64,000 nt of DNA from Eledone cirrhosa (GCA_964016885.1 OZ024743.1:229462001-229526000), one strand, 5' to 3'. Positions 14,477 through 28,485 are shown, counted from the first letter of the stretch. Notes: generated from the sequence alone by a model not told the origin. Program-made: numbers and translations.

Positions 14477-15027
14477 GGCTGCCGACTCGTTTTCAAGTAC
14501 GGCCACTACTTTATATCCATGTAGGAGAACTCCTACCGATGCGCTGAACGAGTCTGACTTTTTAGTCCAGCCAGCGACTTCAAAACTCCGGTACAAACAC
14601 TACACTTGTGACAATTATTGACACATAGTGCTAGGCCCATGGTACCATGTGACGACAAGTGCAGAGAGATCTCCAGATATAAAGCAATGCCTGTGCCGTG
14701 AAGCGTTTAGAGTGAGCAAAGGCACTGCACAAAGCCAGTCCCACTCTCTTAACCAAGATGATATTTACCAAAAAGAAGAACAAGTCAACATCATTGGATA
14801 CCATCAGAGTTGCAGGTGTTATATCAGAGTTTTCCTTCTCCTAAAATTCTGCCTTGACAAAGGCTAAGGGGTCATCTCTCCCGGTGATTTTGGATGGCCA
14901 TTGACTCTTAAGAGCTCCTTTGCCCTTTGACAGGTTTTGTTTTTAGTCCTGCAGGATGTCCAAAGTCACCCTCCTCACCAAGAAACCTTGGTGGGGTTGC
15001 TAGTTTAGTCGCCAACGACCCGACCAT
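14476..15027 (-). mobile_element. Second copy of the ~600 bp retroposon
   Basis: Reverse complement of ~36528-37078; between (TA)n and (CATA)n. Confidence 0.75.
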
Positions 15028-15050
15028 ACATACATACTTATATGCATTAA

Positions 15051-15222
15051 TAATTTCTACTTTTGGCACAAGGCCAGCAATTACCCAGTGCATTACTGGT
15101 ACTTTATTTTATCGACCCCATAAGGATTAAAGACAAAGTTAACCTCGACAGGATTTGAACTCAGACTGTAAAGGGACGTAACTATGCTGGAAAGCATGGC
15201 CTCTGACCCTCTACCGATACTG
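15051..15222 (-). mobile_element. SINE, same family
   Basis: Same core sequence. Confidence 0.9.
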
Positions 15223-15879
15223 CTCATGATATCTATATAGAATATAACATATACACTATGAACAACATGTCTCTATGTTATGTCTATGAAAACTATAGAA
15301 CATACAACTTTAAATATAGTAAAAGTTAGTTCGGGATGGGGACGAACGAAAGATGTAATAGATACGAATAATGAGAAGACATTCGCTTTGTTTCTTAAAG
15401 ACACAAATTTGTTATTTTGTTTTAAATTCAACTCTTTGTTTTAAAAAAAAGTCTTAACAAAATATCAGCCTTTATATATTTTTTCACGAAACAAACAAAC
15501 AGTAAATAGAAAAGTAAAATATTTAAATATATATAACCAAAATCAAGATATTTTTTCCATGATACGCCACAATGATTTTTTTTTTGTTTTGTTTGTGTCG
15601 TCTGTATTTGTACTTGAGTTTGTATTCGTTTTTTTAAAGATTCTTTTCTAGTTTTCAAAAGAATTTTCCACACAGTCGCAAGTAAGATAAAAAGCAACCA
15701 AAAACAAAATTAAAAAAATATATTCAAACTGCCAATCAACGTCACGTGGTTTTGACAGTATTGCGTTAAGCAGCAGCCAACTTCCATCGACACGCTTCAC
15801 AGTTGTCATTAGAGAATAGATCCGAGCTTTCCTTTTTCTCCCGCACCTCACGCCATTACTTCCAGCAACCAGAATAACT

Positions 15880-16500
15880 ACCACCGACGTCATCACCACC
15901 ACCACCAACACCACCAACACCACCACTAGCACCACCACAACCAGCACCACAACCACTACCACAACCACAACCACAACCACCACTACAACCACCACCACAA
16001 CCAAAACCACTAGCACCACCAGCATCAACATCAGCACCAGCACCATCACCGCCGCCGCCGTCGCCGCCACCACCACCACCACCACCACCACCACCACCAA
16101 CATTACCATCATCAACGTAACCAACACCACCAGAACCACCTCCATCACTATCATTATGATAGCCACCAGCAACATAACCACCACCAACGTAACCAACACC
16201 ACCATCACCATTATAATAACCTCTATCAATATAACCACCACCAACGTAGCCAACACCAACATCACCATCCACATCGCCACCATTATAATAACCACCATCA
16301 TCATCAACATAACCACTAGCAACACTACCACCCCCACCAATACTACTACCACCATTCCCAACACCATCACAACGAACACCGTCACCACCATCACCAACAT
16401 AAGGTGCACCATCATAATCACTATAACTAATCTCAACCCAAACCTACCACCACCACCAACAACAACAGCAAAACTACCACCAACCACCACCACCACCAAC
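15880..16500. repeat. Degenerate (ACC/ATC/AAC)n tract
   Basis: Trinucleotide low complexity. Confidence 0.85.
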
Positions 16501-16916
16501 TCCAAAAGATCTTTAAAAGTTTCAAAAAAAAAAAGAAGGAAAATTAAACGAAAATAAAACAACGAAATCTTCTTGCATGAAAGAAAATATATTTTAATTC
16601 TTAAAATACAATATTTAAATATAAAAATAGAGTTGTTGTTGTTATTGGTGAAGGTGTAGGAAGATGGAGTGTAAGTTCGTGGTGTAGGTTTGGGTTTTCG
16701 GAAGGAAAAAAAAAAATTAAATAACACTATAAATTAGTAGAAAAGTACATTTATTTTGTTTTTATTTTCAATTTAAAGCAAGATAATACACCACGAACCT
16801 ACACCACGAACCTACACTCCTTCTTACATATACATACATTACATATACATACATATATACGTATTTATATATATATATATTTATGTATATATATATGTTT
16901 ATATATATATATGTAT

Positions 16917-16986
<70 letters not shown>

Positions 16987-16988
<2 letters not shown>

Positions 16989-17377
16989 CACTTTTGAGCT
17001 GACTTTTGGGATGCTCCCATACAGCTCTGAGTTTTTCATCCTCAGTGTATACTGATTAATGTTCAGAGCCATCCTCAGCATTCTCGTGTAGCACCCATCC
17101 ACCATCTGAGTGAGTCTCTTGGTCAGTGTCCAAGTCTCAGAGGAGACTGAGGTTGGCTGGACATGCTCACCGACATCCAGAGTTGACATTGCACTCAGTG
17201 CTCCTTTGGGAGCCCCTACATGGACACACTAGAAGAGGAAGACCAAGGTTAACATATGTTGATGCCCTAAGGACAGACACTGGTCTGTTGGAGATGCAGG
17301 ATATGGCAGCGATAATGAGGGACAGAGACCGCTGGAGAGAACTCGTCCATGGATCTCGGGAATTTTACCCGCCTTAG
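16987..17377. mobile_element. RTE-type LINE 3' end with twin-priming inversion
   Basis: Minus 16987-17140 encodes ETWTLTKRL...PKVSSKVT; plus 17138-17377 continues QRRLRLAGHAHRHPE...RGRPRLTYVD...WR. Confidence 0.9.
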
Positions 17378-17510
17378 ATAGATATATATATATGTGTATA
17401 TATATATATATATATATGCGAGAAATACCACAAACCCTCCATCTCAATTCTACTTTTGAAAAGAACAAGAACTGCGAGACCGGTAAAGGAACCAAATATA
17501 TATTATTTAC

Positions 17511-17696
17511 GGTGGATTGGCAGTATCGGTGGAGGGTCGGACGCCATGCTGTCCAGCATAGTTACGTCCCTTTACGATCTGAGTTCAAATCCCGCCGAGG
17601 TTGACTTTGCTTTTCATCCTTACGGGATCGACAAAATAAAGTACCAGTAATGCACTGGGTAATTGCTGGCCTTGTGCCTAAAGTAGAAACAATTAT
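17511..17696 (+). mobile_element. SINE, same family
   Basis: Same core; flanking attattta repeat. Confidence 0.9.
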
Positions 17697-17740
17697 TTAA
17701 AAAAAGACTCCAGTTGCATTTTCGATTTCATCTTTTTTCC

Positions 17741-17884
<144 letters not shown>

Positions 17885-17976
17885 GGGTAGTAGAAGTGCT
17901 GCAAAAGAATTACGTTCACAGGCGGTATCCCAAGATGAGTACTCGATGCTCTTGGGGAGAAGAGTATAAATGATAA

Positions 17977-18168
17977 TAATTGTTTCTATTTTTGGCACAA
18001 GGTCAGCAATTATCCCAGTGTATTACTAGTACTTCATTTTATCGACCCCGTAAGGATGAAAGGCAAAGTTAACCTCAGCAGGATTTGAACTCAGACCATA
18101 AAGGGCCGTAACTCTTTGCTGCAAAGCATGGCGTCCGACCCTCTACTGGTACTGCCAATCCAACGCCC
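17977..18168 (-). mobile_element. SINE, same family
   Basis: Same core; TSD taaatgataataat. Confidence 0.9.
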
Positions 18169-18180
18169 TAAATGATAATA

Positions 18181-18492
18181 ATAAATGAGAACAAGAAACA
18201 AAGAATCAGTAGTGCGTCATATACATATTTAATTTTATATTATATGTTTCACTACCGATCAGTTCGATGAACGATGGAATAATGTTCGATCCTGACTCTG
18301 GAATCGGGGGCACCTCAGATACGTATTCTCACATGTAGATATTTGCACGTGCGTCTATACATCTGAGCTCCCGATTCCAGAGTTAGGATCAAACATTATT
18401 CGATCGTTCTTCGAGCTGATCGGTAGTGAAATATATGTAATAAGTAATTAAATATGAATATGATGCAATACTGATTCTTTGTTCCCATTTAT
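18181..18492. mobile_element. Fold-back insert carrying hammerhead 3' half
   Basis: Arms 18181-18320 / 18361-18492; GAAA-(t/c)atatg-UA motif at 18428; same tail at 11105-11180. Confidence 0.7.
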
Positions 18493-18498
18493 TATATA

Positions 18499-19353
18499 CT
18501 AGCAGCGGTACCTGGCGTTGCACGGGATAAGGTATTTTGGAACGCGGGCCGCCAACAGACCTAATTGTGGAAAAAACTGCATGCGTGGACAGTATGCAAA
18601 GAAAATAAACCGAATACTCTGATGGCTGGATAATCTTTAAGATTTTCCTCGATGAAGCGGGAAAAATGCAGGTTTTCACCTAATGCGGGCCCTAGGGGAT
18701 CAAGAAAATGAATTTTCTTTTATTTGCATAATATGCCTTGAAATTTCGGGAAAATCGGCTAGACGACTAATACATAGTTACAATTTCAAGGAAATCAGTC
18801 TGACGTAACGACTCAAAAACCCCTAAAAACCTGAAGGTTTTTAGGGGTTTTTGTGTGTGTATGTGTTTGTGTGTGTGCGAAACATAAACAGAATCAACAA
18901 AGTAGACAGCACAGTACAGTGAAGAAATATATTAGTTTAACGTTTGATATAATATAAAAAAATAGTATTTGCGTTTTGAACACTAGTCCATCATAAAAAT
19001 ATATAATGAGAAATAAAAGACAAAGAGGAAGGAACAAAAAAAAACAGAGGGTGAAGGGCAAGGAAGGGGAACATTTTAGAGAAAACGCACGTGCGTTCAG
19101 TCAGCCATTTGAGGGAAATGCTTATCAGTGGGTATCTTAGATATTCGAGGGGTTTTTGAAAGGGAGATAATCATTGTATATTTTGAGTGGACATGTGTGT
19201 TGATTTGTTCGTTTGTCTGTCCAAAGTTTTAAAGGATGTGCGTTACACAGTAACCGAGATGAGCGTGAAAAGGTCGAGTGAACGCCCGCTTGTGAACTGA
19301 CCAATGCAGCGAGGTATATACACATTTGTGTGCGAGTGAAATTCTGTGTACAC

Positions 19354-19402
<49 letters not shown>

Positions 19403-19458
19403 GTGAGAGAGAGAGAGAGAGAGAGAGTGAGTGAGAGAGAGAGAGAGAGAGAGAGAGA
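18499..19458 (-). mobile_element. Non-autonomous Helitron
   Basis: Minus-strand 3' end cccgtgcaacgccaggtaccgctgCTAG|T (GC hairpin then CTAG); 5' end lost in (TC)n, boundary approximate. Confidence 0.65.
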
Positions 19459-19761
19459 AACAGGCGTAAACGCTTGTAAAGAAAGGGAGTCAGTAGTAAA
19501 TAATATTATGCCTTGTTTTAATGACATGAGAAACTGCTTGGCTTCGGTAACGATGATCTAACGGTACAACCGCAAATAATGGCTGAACTACGAAGGGTGG
19601 AGTCACAACGTGCGTTGAGGTGGATAAAGCTGGGATTTAGTGGTGGTAGTGATGGTGGTAGGGGTCTCAACATGTTTGTTTGTAATTAAGCAAATAGGAC
19701 CTTTAAACACCTAAATCTGAACGTCCCTTTGTATACATGTATAATTGTAAATATAAATATT

Positions 19762-19968
19762 GATTGCGCATATGAACTGGACTCCACCTGGCGGCAAATG
19801 GAGGCGTAGTTGCCCCAGGATCACCTGGCGACGAACGTTCCGAAAAGACCTGATGGCAGCCAACATCACTTGCACTTGGCATGGACGCGAAAAAGCCGCC
19901 ACTGATAGTAACCGTTGGCGAGTACTTACTGCTCGATGCGCCGAACGGCGTGGAAGAACCTAAGACTA

Positions 19969-19972
<4 letters not shown>
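19762..19972 (+). mobile_element. RTE LINE 3' end
   Basis: WTPPGGKWRRSCPRITWRRTF...DSNRWR..* followed by a taagac tail and (TA)n. Confidence 0.8.
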
Positions 19973-20036
<64 letters not shown>

Positions 20037-20607
20037 TTGAAGAAAACCAAAGTTTTTAAATCAAATCTATCTTTAATCTCTACAATCGTTTCTATAGAGA
20101 GGAGAACTTTACATGTACACGCAAACAATGAATATATGCTTGTAGTAACGGTGGGTAACGTGAAAAAAGATTTATATACCGACACACAAACATATATATA
20201 TATATTTATAGAAATACTACAGGAATTTATATAAATATATGGCTGACTGAATACAGACGTATTTTTTCATTTGTTTTCCGTCCCTTCCTCTTCTCACTTT
20301 CTATATTTATATTTCATCTTTTATTTCTCATTCCATCTTCCAATGAAAGACTAGTGTCCAAAACATCAGGACACTTTTCCTACTATATCCAGCGTTAAAC
20401 TAAAATATTTCTTCAATGGACTGTGTCCTTTGGTTTGTTATTTCTATTTACTTTCTGCATATATATATATCAACATCTCCATCTATCTATCTATCTATAG
20501 CAAATAAAGAAAGATATCTATTATATATATATATATAAAATAAAATAATTAAGTCAAATATGTAAAACTTGGCTTCGTTTATTATAAATTATAGATATAC
20601 TGCTATA

Positions 20608-20662
<55 letters not shown>

Positions 20663-20672
20663 TATAGATTAT

Positions 20673-20727
20673 ACTGCTATATATATTTCGGTGACAGCCA
20701 TCATTGGCTGTGATCTCTTCAGGCAGT
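20673..20727 (-). ncRNA. Minimal type I hammerhead (inverted twin)
   Basis: Reverse complement of 20974-21028, with G after CUGAAGA giving a G-C closing pair. Confidence 0.78.
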
Positions 20728-20973
20728 CTGAATTGGTGTGGAAAAGACAGGTACACATGTTGTTGAAGTGTGTTTTACTCCGTCAATACATCGATATGTC
20801 CAGCTCCTGGTTGTGTTGTTATTCCTCTGAGGAACTGGAATCATATCCTATCAGATATGATTCCAGTTCCTCAGAGGAATAACAACACAACCAGGAGCTG
20901 GACATATCGATGTATTGACGGTGTAAAACACACTTCAACAACATGTGTACCTGTCTTTTCCACACCAATTCAG

Positions 20974-21028
20974 ACTGCCTGAAGAAATCACAGCCAATGA
21001 TGGCTGTCACCGAAATATATATAGCAGT
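20974..21028 (+). ncRNA. Minimal type I hammerhead
   Basis: actgc-CUGAAGA-aatc-acagcca(atga)tggctgt-cacc-GAAA-tatata-UA-gcagt; base of stem II mismatched. Confidence 0.75.
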
Positions 21029-21037
21029 ATAATCTAT

Positions 21038-21111
<74 letters not shown>

Positions 21112-21294
21112 TATAGCAGTATATCTATAATTTATAATAAACGAAGCCAATTTTTACATATTTGACTTAATTATTTTACATTACTCCGGAGTAAACAAAC
21201 CAGCCTGCATACCTCGTCGAGTGCTCCAATCTGCATACTAATGTGTCGGTAAACAACCAACATATACCAAATCTCTCTCTCTCTCACTCTCTCG

Positions 21295-21327
<33 letters not shown>

Positions 21328-22473
21328 GAGAGAGAGAGAGAGGGAGAGAGAATAAAGAGAGAGAGAGAGGAAGAACGAAAGACAGAGACAGAGAATGAGA
21401 TGCGTACATATGTATGCATGCATATGCGTATACATCTATACATGTATATATATACATACATAATTATATTTATATTTATATTTACATTTACAATCACATT
21501 TATTTTGGTATATGCAGTTATGTATGCAGTACATAAGTCTGTCTTATAAATAATGGAATATTAAAAAAGTATTATAATAAAGATCTTAATTATGAAATGC
21601 TTTCTGTGTGCATGCACCAGTGTGTATGTGTGCAGACGCACGCACAACAATACATATCCATATGCTCACACATACAAACACGCACATTGACATCTTTTAA
21701 TTTTCTTGAAAGATTTTCTCTAGTCACGACATTAATTTACGTCTAATTGGTGTCAGCCTTAGGCACATGACAGCCAGTCGTCTCGCACGATATCACCGAG
21801 CTTGATTTTAAGTTATCTCCCCCTGCACTCTACTACAATACTTTTATTTTCCATGTAATTTGAGAAGTTGTTGGTGGATGATTGTAGTTTTAGTTGTCTC
21901 CCACCTACATGCCACCCCTGACTCACTCACTACCTTCTATCTCGGGTTTTTCGAGTTGTTGTTGTTGTTGTTGTTATTATTCTTGTTATTGTTGTATATA
22001 TTTCCTCTGCTCAACACCTACGCACTTAGGACTTAAGGTCTCCGGCTGAAGACCCTAAACGTCATGAGTTCGTATCCCGGACCGGGACAAGACACTTTAT
22101 TTCATGTTGCTCCAGTTTACAGAGCTGGCAAAAAGGAGTTTTACCTTTACTTCAAAGGGCTTGCCTTATCAAACACTGTGTTATTCCGAATCTCCATGAG
22201 ATCAACGTCAACAGAACACAGGCATGAGGAATGTCCAGCCACATTTTAATTTCTCGAACAGGCTGTTCCGTTGACTGAGCAATTGGAACCTTCGTTGTTA
22301 GAACTGACGGAGGCCCAACAACCTTAATTTTAATGAAGTTGTTTTTGTAGTCTATTTTAGATATTGTAAGAAATGCCGAGGAAACACCGAATATTAATAC
22401 GGCACCTTCACGATTTTCTCAGGAGTTACGGGGAAAATATAAGTTGTTGTACCGGATATTGTAGCCATGGCTC

Positions 22474-22559
22474 TAGTAGTAGTAGTAGTAGTAGAAGTAG
22501 TAGTAGTATTAGTATTAGTAGTAGTAGTAGTAGTGTGGTGGTGGTGGCGGTGTGGCGGC

Positions 22560-22590
<31 letters not shown>

Positions 22591-22669
22591 TGGTGGTGGT
22601 GGCGGTGTGGCGGCAGTAGTAGTAGTATTAGTAGTAGTAGTAGTGTGGTGGTGGTGGCGGTGTTGTGGC

Positions 22670-22718
<49 letters not shown>

Positions 22719-22773
22719 CTGCGGTGGTGGTGGTGGCGGTGGTGGCGGCAGCAGCAGCAGTAGTAGTAGTAGC

Positions 22774-22831
<58 letters not shown>

Positions 22832-22859
22832 TTGGCGGTGGTGATGGTGGCATTAGTAA

Positions 22860-22901
<42 letters not shown>

Positions 22902-23870
22902 CGGCGGTGGCGGTGGCAGTAGTAGTAGTAGTAGTAGTAGTAGTAGTTCTTGTTGCTCTTGTTTATGGCAATGGTGACAACGATGATGGTGATAATAAGG
23001 ATGATGACGAGGATAGTGCTGCTGCCGATGACGTCAATGATGAGAATGGTGTTGATAATAATAAGGATGATGGCATCAATACGCATTATTTATGATGTTG
23101 GGAGAGGGTCGGACGCCATGCTTTGACGTATAGAGTTACGGCCCTTGCCATTCTGAGTTCAAATCCCGCCTAGGTTGACTTTGCCTTTCATCCTTACGGG
23201 GTCGATAAAATAAAGTACCAGTAATGTACTGGTTAATTGCTGGCCTTGTGCCTAAAGTAGAAACAATTATTTATGATGTTGACGATGATAATGGTGGTGG
23301 TGATGACGATGATGACGACGTCGGCGACAATGATGATGATGATGATGATGATGATGATGGTGATGGTAATGATGGTGGTGATGGTGGTGATGGTGATGAT
23401 GGTGATGATGGTGGTGATGATAATCCCGATAATTGTGACGATGGTGGTGACGATGAAGATGATGATGATGATGATGATGATGGTGGTGATGGTGGTGATG
23501 GTGGTGATGGTGATGGTGGTGATGGTGATGATGAAGATGAAGATGATGATGATGATGATGATGATGGTGGTGATGATGATGGTGGTGGTGGGGGTGATGG
23601 TGGTGATGGCGGTGATGGTGGTGATGATAATCCCGATAATTGTGACGATGGTGGTGACGATGAAAATGGTGATGATGACGATGATGATGATAATCATCAT
23701 CGTCATGGTGAGGAGGATGGTGATAATGATATTGGTAGTGATGACAATATTGATGATAGTGACGATGATGCTGACAATGTTGATAATGATATTCTTGATG
23801 TTACTGCTGCTGCTGCTGCTGCTGATGATGATGATGATGATAATGGAGATGATGGTGATGATGATGAAGA

Positions 23871-23902
<32 letters not shown>

Positions 23903-24029
23903 ATGATGGTGATGATGATGGTGATGATGATGATGATGATGATGGTGGTGGTGATGATGATGGTGATGATGGTGGTGGTGATGATGGTGATGATGGTGAT
24001 AATGAAGATGATGATGGTGGTGATGATGA

Positions 24030-24063
<34 letters not shown>

Positions 24064-24099
24064 GATGATGATGATGATGATGATGATGGTGATAATGAA

Positions 24100-24135
<36 letters not shown>

Positions 24136-24295
24136 GATATTGGTGGTGGTGACGATGTCGGCGATAACGATTGAAAAAATTCGAAAAATAATTAAGAACG
24201 TATCATTTTCACCGTAGTCGACATCATCATCATCATCATCATCATGATTATCAACGTGGTCGTCATCGACATCGTCGTCATCATCATCATGATTA
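22474..24295. repeat. (TAG/GGT)n then (GAT/GGT)n microsatellite block split by a SINE
   Basis: Explains the poly-V/D/M ORFs. Confidence 0.9.
23101..23269 (+). mobile_element. SINE, same family
   Basis: Same core; TSD attatttatgatgttg. Confidence 0.9.
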
Positions 24296-24550
24296 TAAGG
24301 GGTGGACGACCCATGGATGACTCAGGTACCCCACCAATCCTGAACCTCCCTGCGCTTCTAGGGCACCCAGGGAGAACACCCCCCTCCTCAAGTTAGCTAG
24401 CCTATAGGCGCCTGGTCAGAGTAGGCCCATTCACACGGGCCATTCTCGCCACATTCATCCACCTTTTAGCAAATGTACTGGGGGGGGGGGCAGCACTTCT
24501 CTCTCCACCCTCACCTTCCTTTCCAAGTGAAACTTGAAGAAGTTGATCAT
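24295..24550 (-). mobile_element. Probable L1/Tx1-like LINE 3' end
   Basis: FFKFHLERKVRVEREVL / FAKRWMNVARMARVNG..* plus a GC-richer UTR; assignment from recalled similarity only. Confidence 0.45.
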
Positions 24551-25005
24551 AATAATAATAATAATAATACCACCATCCACTTGTAATAGTAGTAGTAGTA
24601 GTAGTAGTAGTAGCAGTATAGTTATAGAGCAAGAAGAAGAAGAAAAAAGAAAAATAATAATAATAATAAGAAGAAGAAGAAGAAGAACAACAGCAGCAAC
24701 AAGAACAAGAACAAGAACAACAACAACAACAACAACAACAACAAAAACAACGACAAGAGCAACATCAACAATATGATAGAAATAATAGGTGAGGTAATGC
24801 TGCAGAAGGAGAAGGTGTAATGGATGAGGAGGGGGAGGAGAAGGAGGAGGAGGCGGAGGAACGAAAGAAGAAACCAAACGGATATCTTCTGCGTGTATTT
24901 GTCTTTTTATACGTCCCAGCAATTGACAACTGGACAGCGAAGCTGACATGTTTTCAGTGACTGTTAACATCAAGAATAACTCTCTCTTTACATCTGGATA
25001 TTTGT

Positions 25006-25169
<164 letters not shown>

Positions 25170-25180
25170 ACATATATACA

Positions 25181-25275
<95 letters not shown>

Positions 25276-26029
25276 ATATATGCATACATATATATGATAT
25301 ATATGTTATATATATATATATGTTATATATGTTATATATATGTATATATATATGTTATATATATATATATATATATATGCATACATATATATGATATATA
25401 TGTTATATATATATATATATATGTTATATATGTTATATATATGTATATATATATGTTATATATATATATATATATATATATATGAAGGGATGTACTTTTG
25501 TTTTAGCGTTTGTTTGTGTAAACAGTATAACCATCTGTCTATGTATGCGTGTCCATTATGTGCATATATGTGCATTGCATAAAGGCGTATGTAATGTATG
25601 TGTATGTGTACGGGTCAAAATTAACAGTGATACTTACTCAATTGCCTGTTGTTGACGGTCATTTAGCTTTCAACAATGATGCTAATTGCATGACCCTGGT
25701 ACGATGGGCAGACAGCTTTAATGATAGTGACACAACGGTGTTGTTTGGATTTTAGCTATTTTCTTAACAACATCAGCAACCACATCAACAACAAACATCA
25801 ATAATAACTACAACACCAGTATCAACGTCAAAATCACAACAACAAAACAAAACCAACAATAACAACAACAGTAACAAAAATAACAATACCAACAGCAGCA
25901 AATGCCACCACGGCAACATCAGAAGCAGTAGTTCTTATAACGGCAGAGATAGTTAAAAAGAGCGGTAGTTATAACAACGGTGACTGCAGTTATAACTCTC
26001 CACATTCACCATACCATTATATTCTATCA

Positions 26030-26212
26030 GCGGATTGGCAGTATCGGTAGAGGGTCGGACGCCATGCTTTCCAGCATAGTTACGTACCTTTACGATCTGA
26101 GTTCAAATCCAGCCGAGGTTGACTTTGTCTTTCATCCTTACGGGGTCGATAAAATAAAGTACCAGTAATGCACTGGGTAATTGCTGGCCTTGTGCCTAAA
26201 GTAGAAACAATT
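26030..26212 (+). mobile_element. SINE, same family
   Basis: Same core; TSD attatattctatcagc. Confidence 0.9.
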
Positions 26213-26484
26213 ATATTCTATCAGCCGTCTATCAATTACTTGGTCCAAGACGTATAGATTTTAAATGGCTCAGACTTCATAAATGCAAATAGCTACGCAA
26301 AAGGTTGCATATCACATTCGTGTATGTAGGGGATTGGGCGCATATGTCAGTGCTTAGAGTGTCCAGCTGACCATCGTAAAGTCGGAAGTTCGACTTCCAG
26401 ACCGGTCATCGCATTTTGGCATTGACCAAGGCACCTTATTTCACATTCCTTCAGTTCATCCAGGTAGAGAAAAGTATATGTATC

Positions 26485-26781
26485 TAGGGCCGAACATAAT
26501 GGGGGGCAGAGGGGGCTATTGCCTCGAGGCTCGAAATATGGGGGAGGGGGTGGTACTAGCGACGGTTGTAGCAATTTATTTGGGCTTTTTTAGTTTTAGG
26601 ATGGTATGATTTTTAAAAATGTAATACATGTCTGTATAACTTGTCAATTCCTATTACACGCACCAAGCTGACTTTGATATGCAAAATTAGGGGTTTGCTG
26701 TGTATCTTAACTTTTTGTGTATGAGGAGCTCCCATCAAACTTGAAGTGCCCTGAGCTCCCCATTGTCTAAATCCAGCCTTG
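26485..26781. mobile_element. hAT-type MITE inside a SINE
   Basis: Imperfect TIRs tagggccgaacata / taaatccagccttg; 8-bp TSD tatgtatc / gatgtatc. Confidence 0.7.
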
Positions 26782-26990
26782 GATGTATCTGTGATTCAAA
26801 GCGTCAGACTTTTCACACACTATATAACATTCTGAAATGTATTGAGAATTATGTTACCAGCACTGGTATCGATATCAGTAACGATCCAAATGTTACGACA
26901 ATTATAAAGAAGTATTAATCCTCGGCTGCTATGTTCATGCATCCAATCATTTGCACATTGTATATCGAGTTATTATTATATTTTTGAATA

Positions 26991-27178
26991 TTTTATCCAC
27001 CCCGTAAGGATGAAAGGCAAAGTTAACCTCGGCGGGATTTGAACTCAGAACGGCCCTTGCCATTCTGGGTTCAAATCCCGCCGGGGTTAACTTTGCCTAT
27101 CATCCTTACGGGGTCGATAAAATAAAGTACCAGTAATACACTGGGTATTTGCTGGCCTTGTGCCAAACGTAGAAACAA
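26991..27178. mobile_element. Fold-back SINE insertion with 18-bp TSD
   Basis: Inverted partial copy 26991-27050 then sense copy 27051-27178; TSD ttattatatttttgaata. Confidence 0.88.
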
Positions 27179-27320
27179 TTATTATATTTTTGAATACCCG
27201 TCCACTTCTCTAATGTATTAATCCTCCCCATTATATATATATGTATATATATATATGTAAACCTAATAAACATTTATTTGTCTGCCTCTCTGTTTTGTTC
27301 CCGTCTAAATTTGCACTATG

Positions 27321-27401
<81 letters not shown>

Positions 27402-27538
27402 ATATACGTATAAATATATATATATATATAATCAGATTTATATATACGTATATATACATATATATAATTATAATTATATATATAAAAATAATTCAAAATA
27501 TTAACAAATGAAGATATTCACATAATCAAAATATATGC

Positions 27539-27600
27539 TTTCTTATATATATTTCGAAGGTATTGTATTTTTTTTTTTCAGTACGTCCTCATCAGATAAA
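27539..27600 (-). ncRNA. Minimal type I hammerhead, slightly decayed
   Basis: Minus: tttat-CUGAUGA-gga-cgtactg(A-rich loop)caatacc-ttc-GAAA-tatata-UA-agaaa; one mismatch in stem I; lies between (TA)n tracts. Confidence 0.7.
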
Positions 27601-27683
27601 ATATATGATTTGATATATGACATACCTCTACGGTCTTGATATTTCAATTCCAGTATAGGCAGTATTTATATTTACACACACAC

Positions 27684-27731
<48 letters not shown>

Positions 27732-28123
27732 CGCCTATCTGCATATACACTTGCACATACACACACTCACACACACACGCACATTCACACACATACTTAC
27801 ATATATAGCTTTCATTCCAATTTTTTATATTTCCTTTTCAAAAGAAAAAAAAATTACATGTTCATTGAAACTGGATGTCTTAAGTAAAAATATTCCTTTG
27901 GCACTGGACAAATGGTGGTCGGGTAGGGGCGAGTGAAAAACATTATTATATGTCTGTTTTATTGATTCAATCAAATTGGTGGTGAAATGAGAACTATAGT
28001 CTGCATGTGTGTGTAGACAAACTACATATATTCTCATACACGTATGTATATTTATATATAAATACATACGGATATATATCTACACAGCTGTACACATACA
28101 CGCACACATACACATACATACAC

Positions 28124-28293
<170 letters not shown>

Positions 28294-28330
28294 ATACATA
28301 TATATATGTATATATATATATATTTATATG

Positions 28331-28377
<47 letters not shown>

Positions 28378-28407
28378 GTATGTATATATATATGTATATA
28401 TATTTAT

Positions 28408-28482
<75 letters not shown>

Positions 28483-28485
<3 letters not shown>

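Larger units (their letters stand above)
20541..21263. mobile_element. Fold-back (palindromic) hammerhead insert, ~310-330 bp arms plus tail
   Basis: Arms 20541-20847 / 20854-21178 around a 6-nt loop, each with a (TAG/CTA)n tract and a hammerhead; tail 21179-21263 on the right arm only. Confidence 0.85.

Noticed and set aside
16657-16827. Short inverted repeat (ggagtgtaagttcgtggtgtaggtt)
   Set aside because: Probably a small MITE remnant; no ribozyme core or TSD to classify it.
23224-24217. Poly-Asp/Gly and poly-Met ORFs
   Set aside because: They start inside a SINE and run through a (GAT/GGT)n tract.
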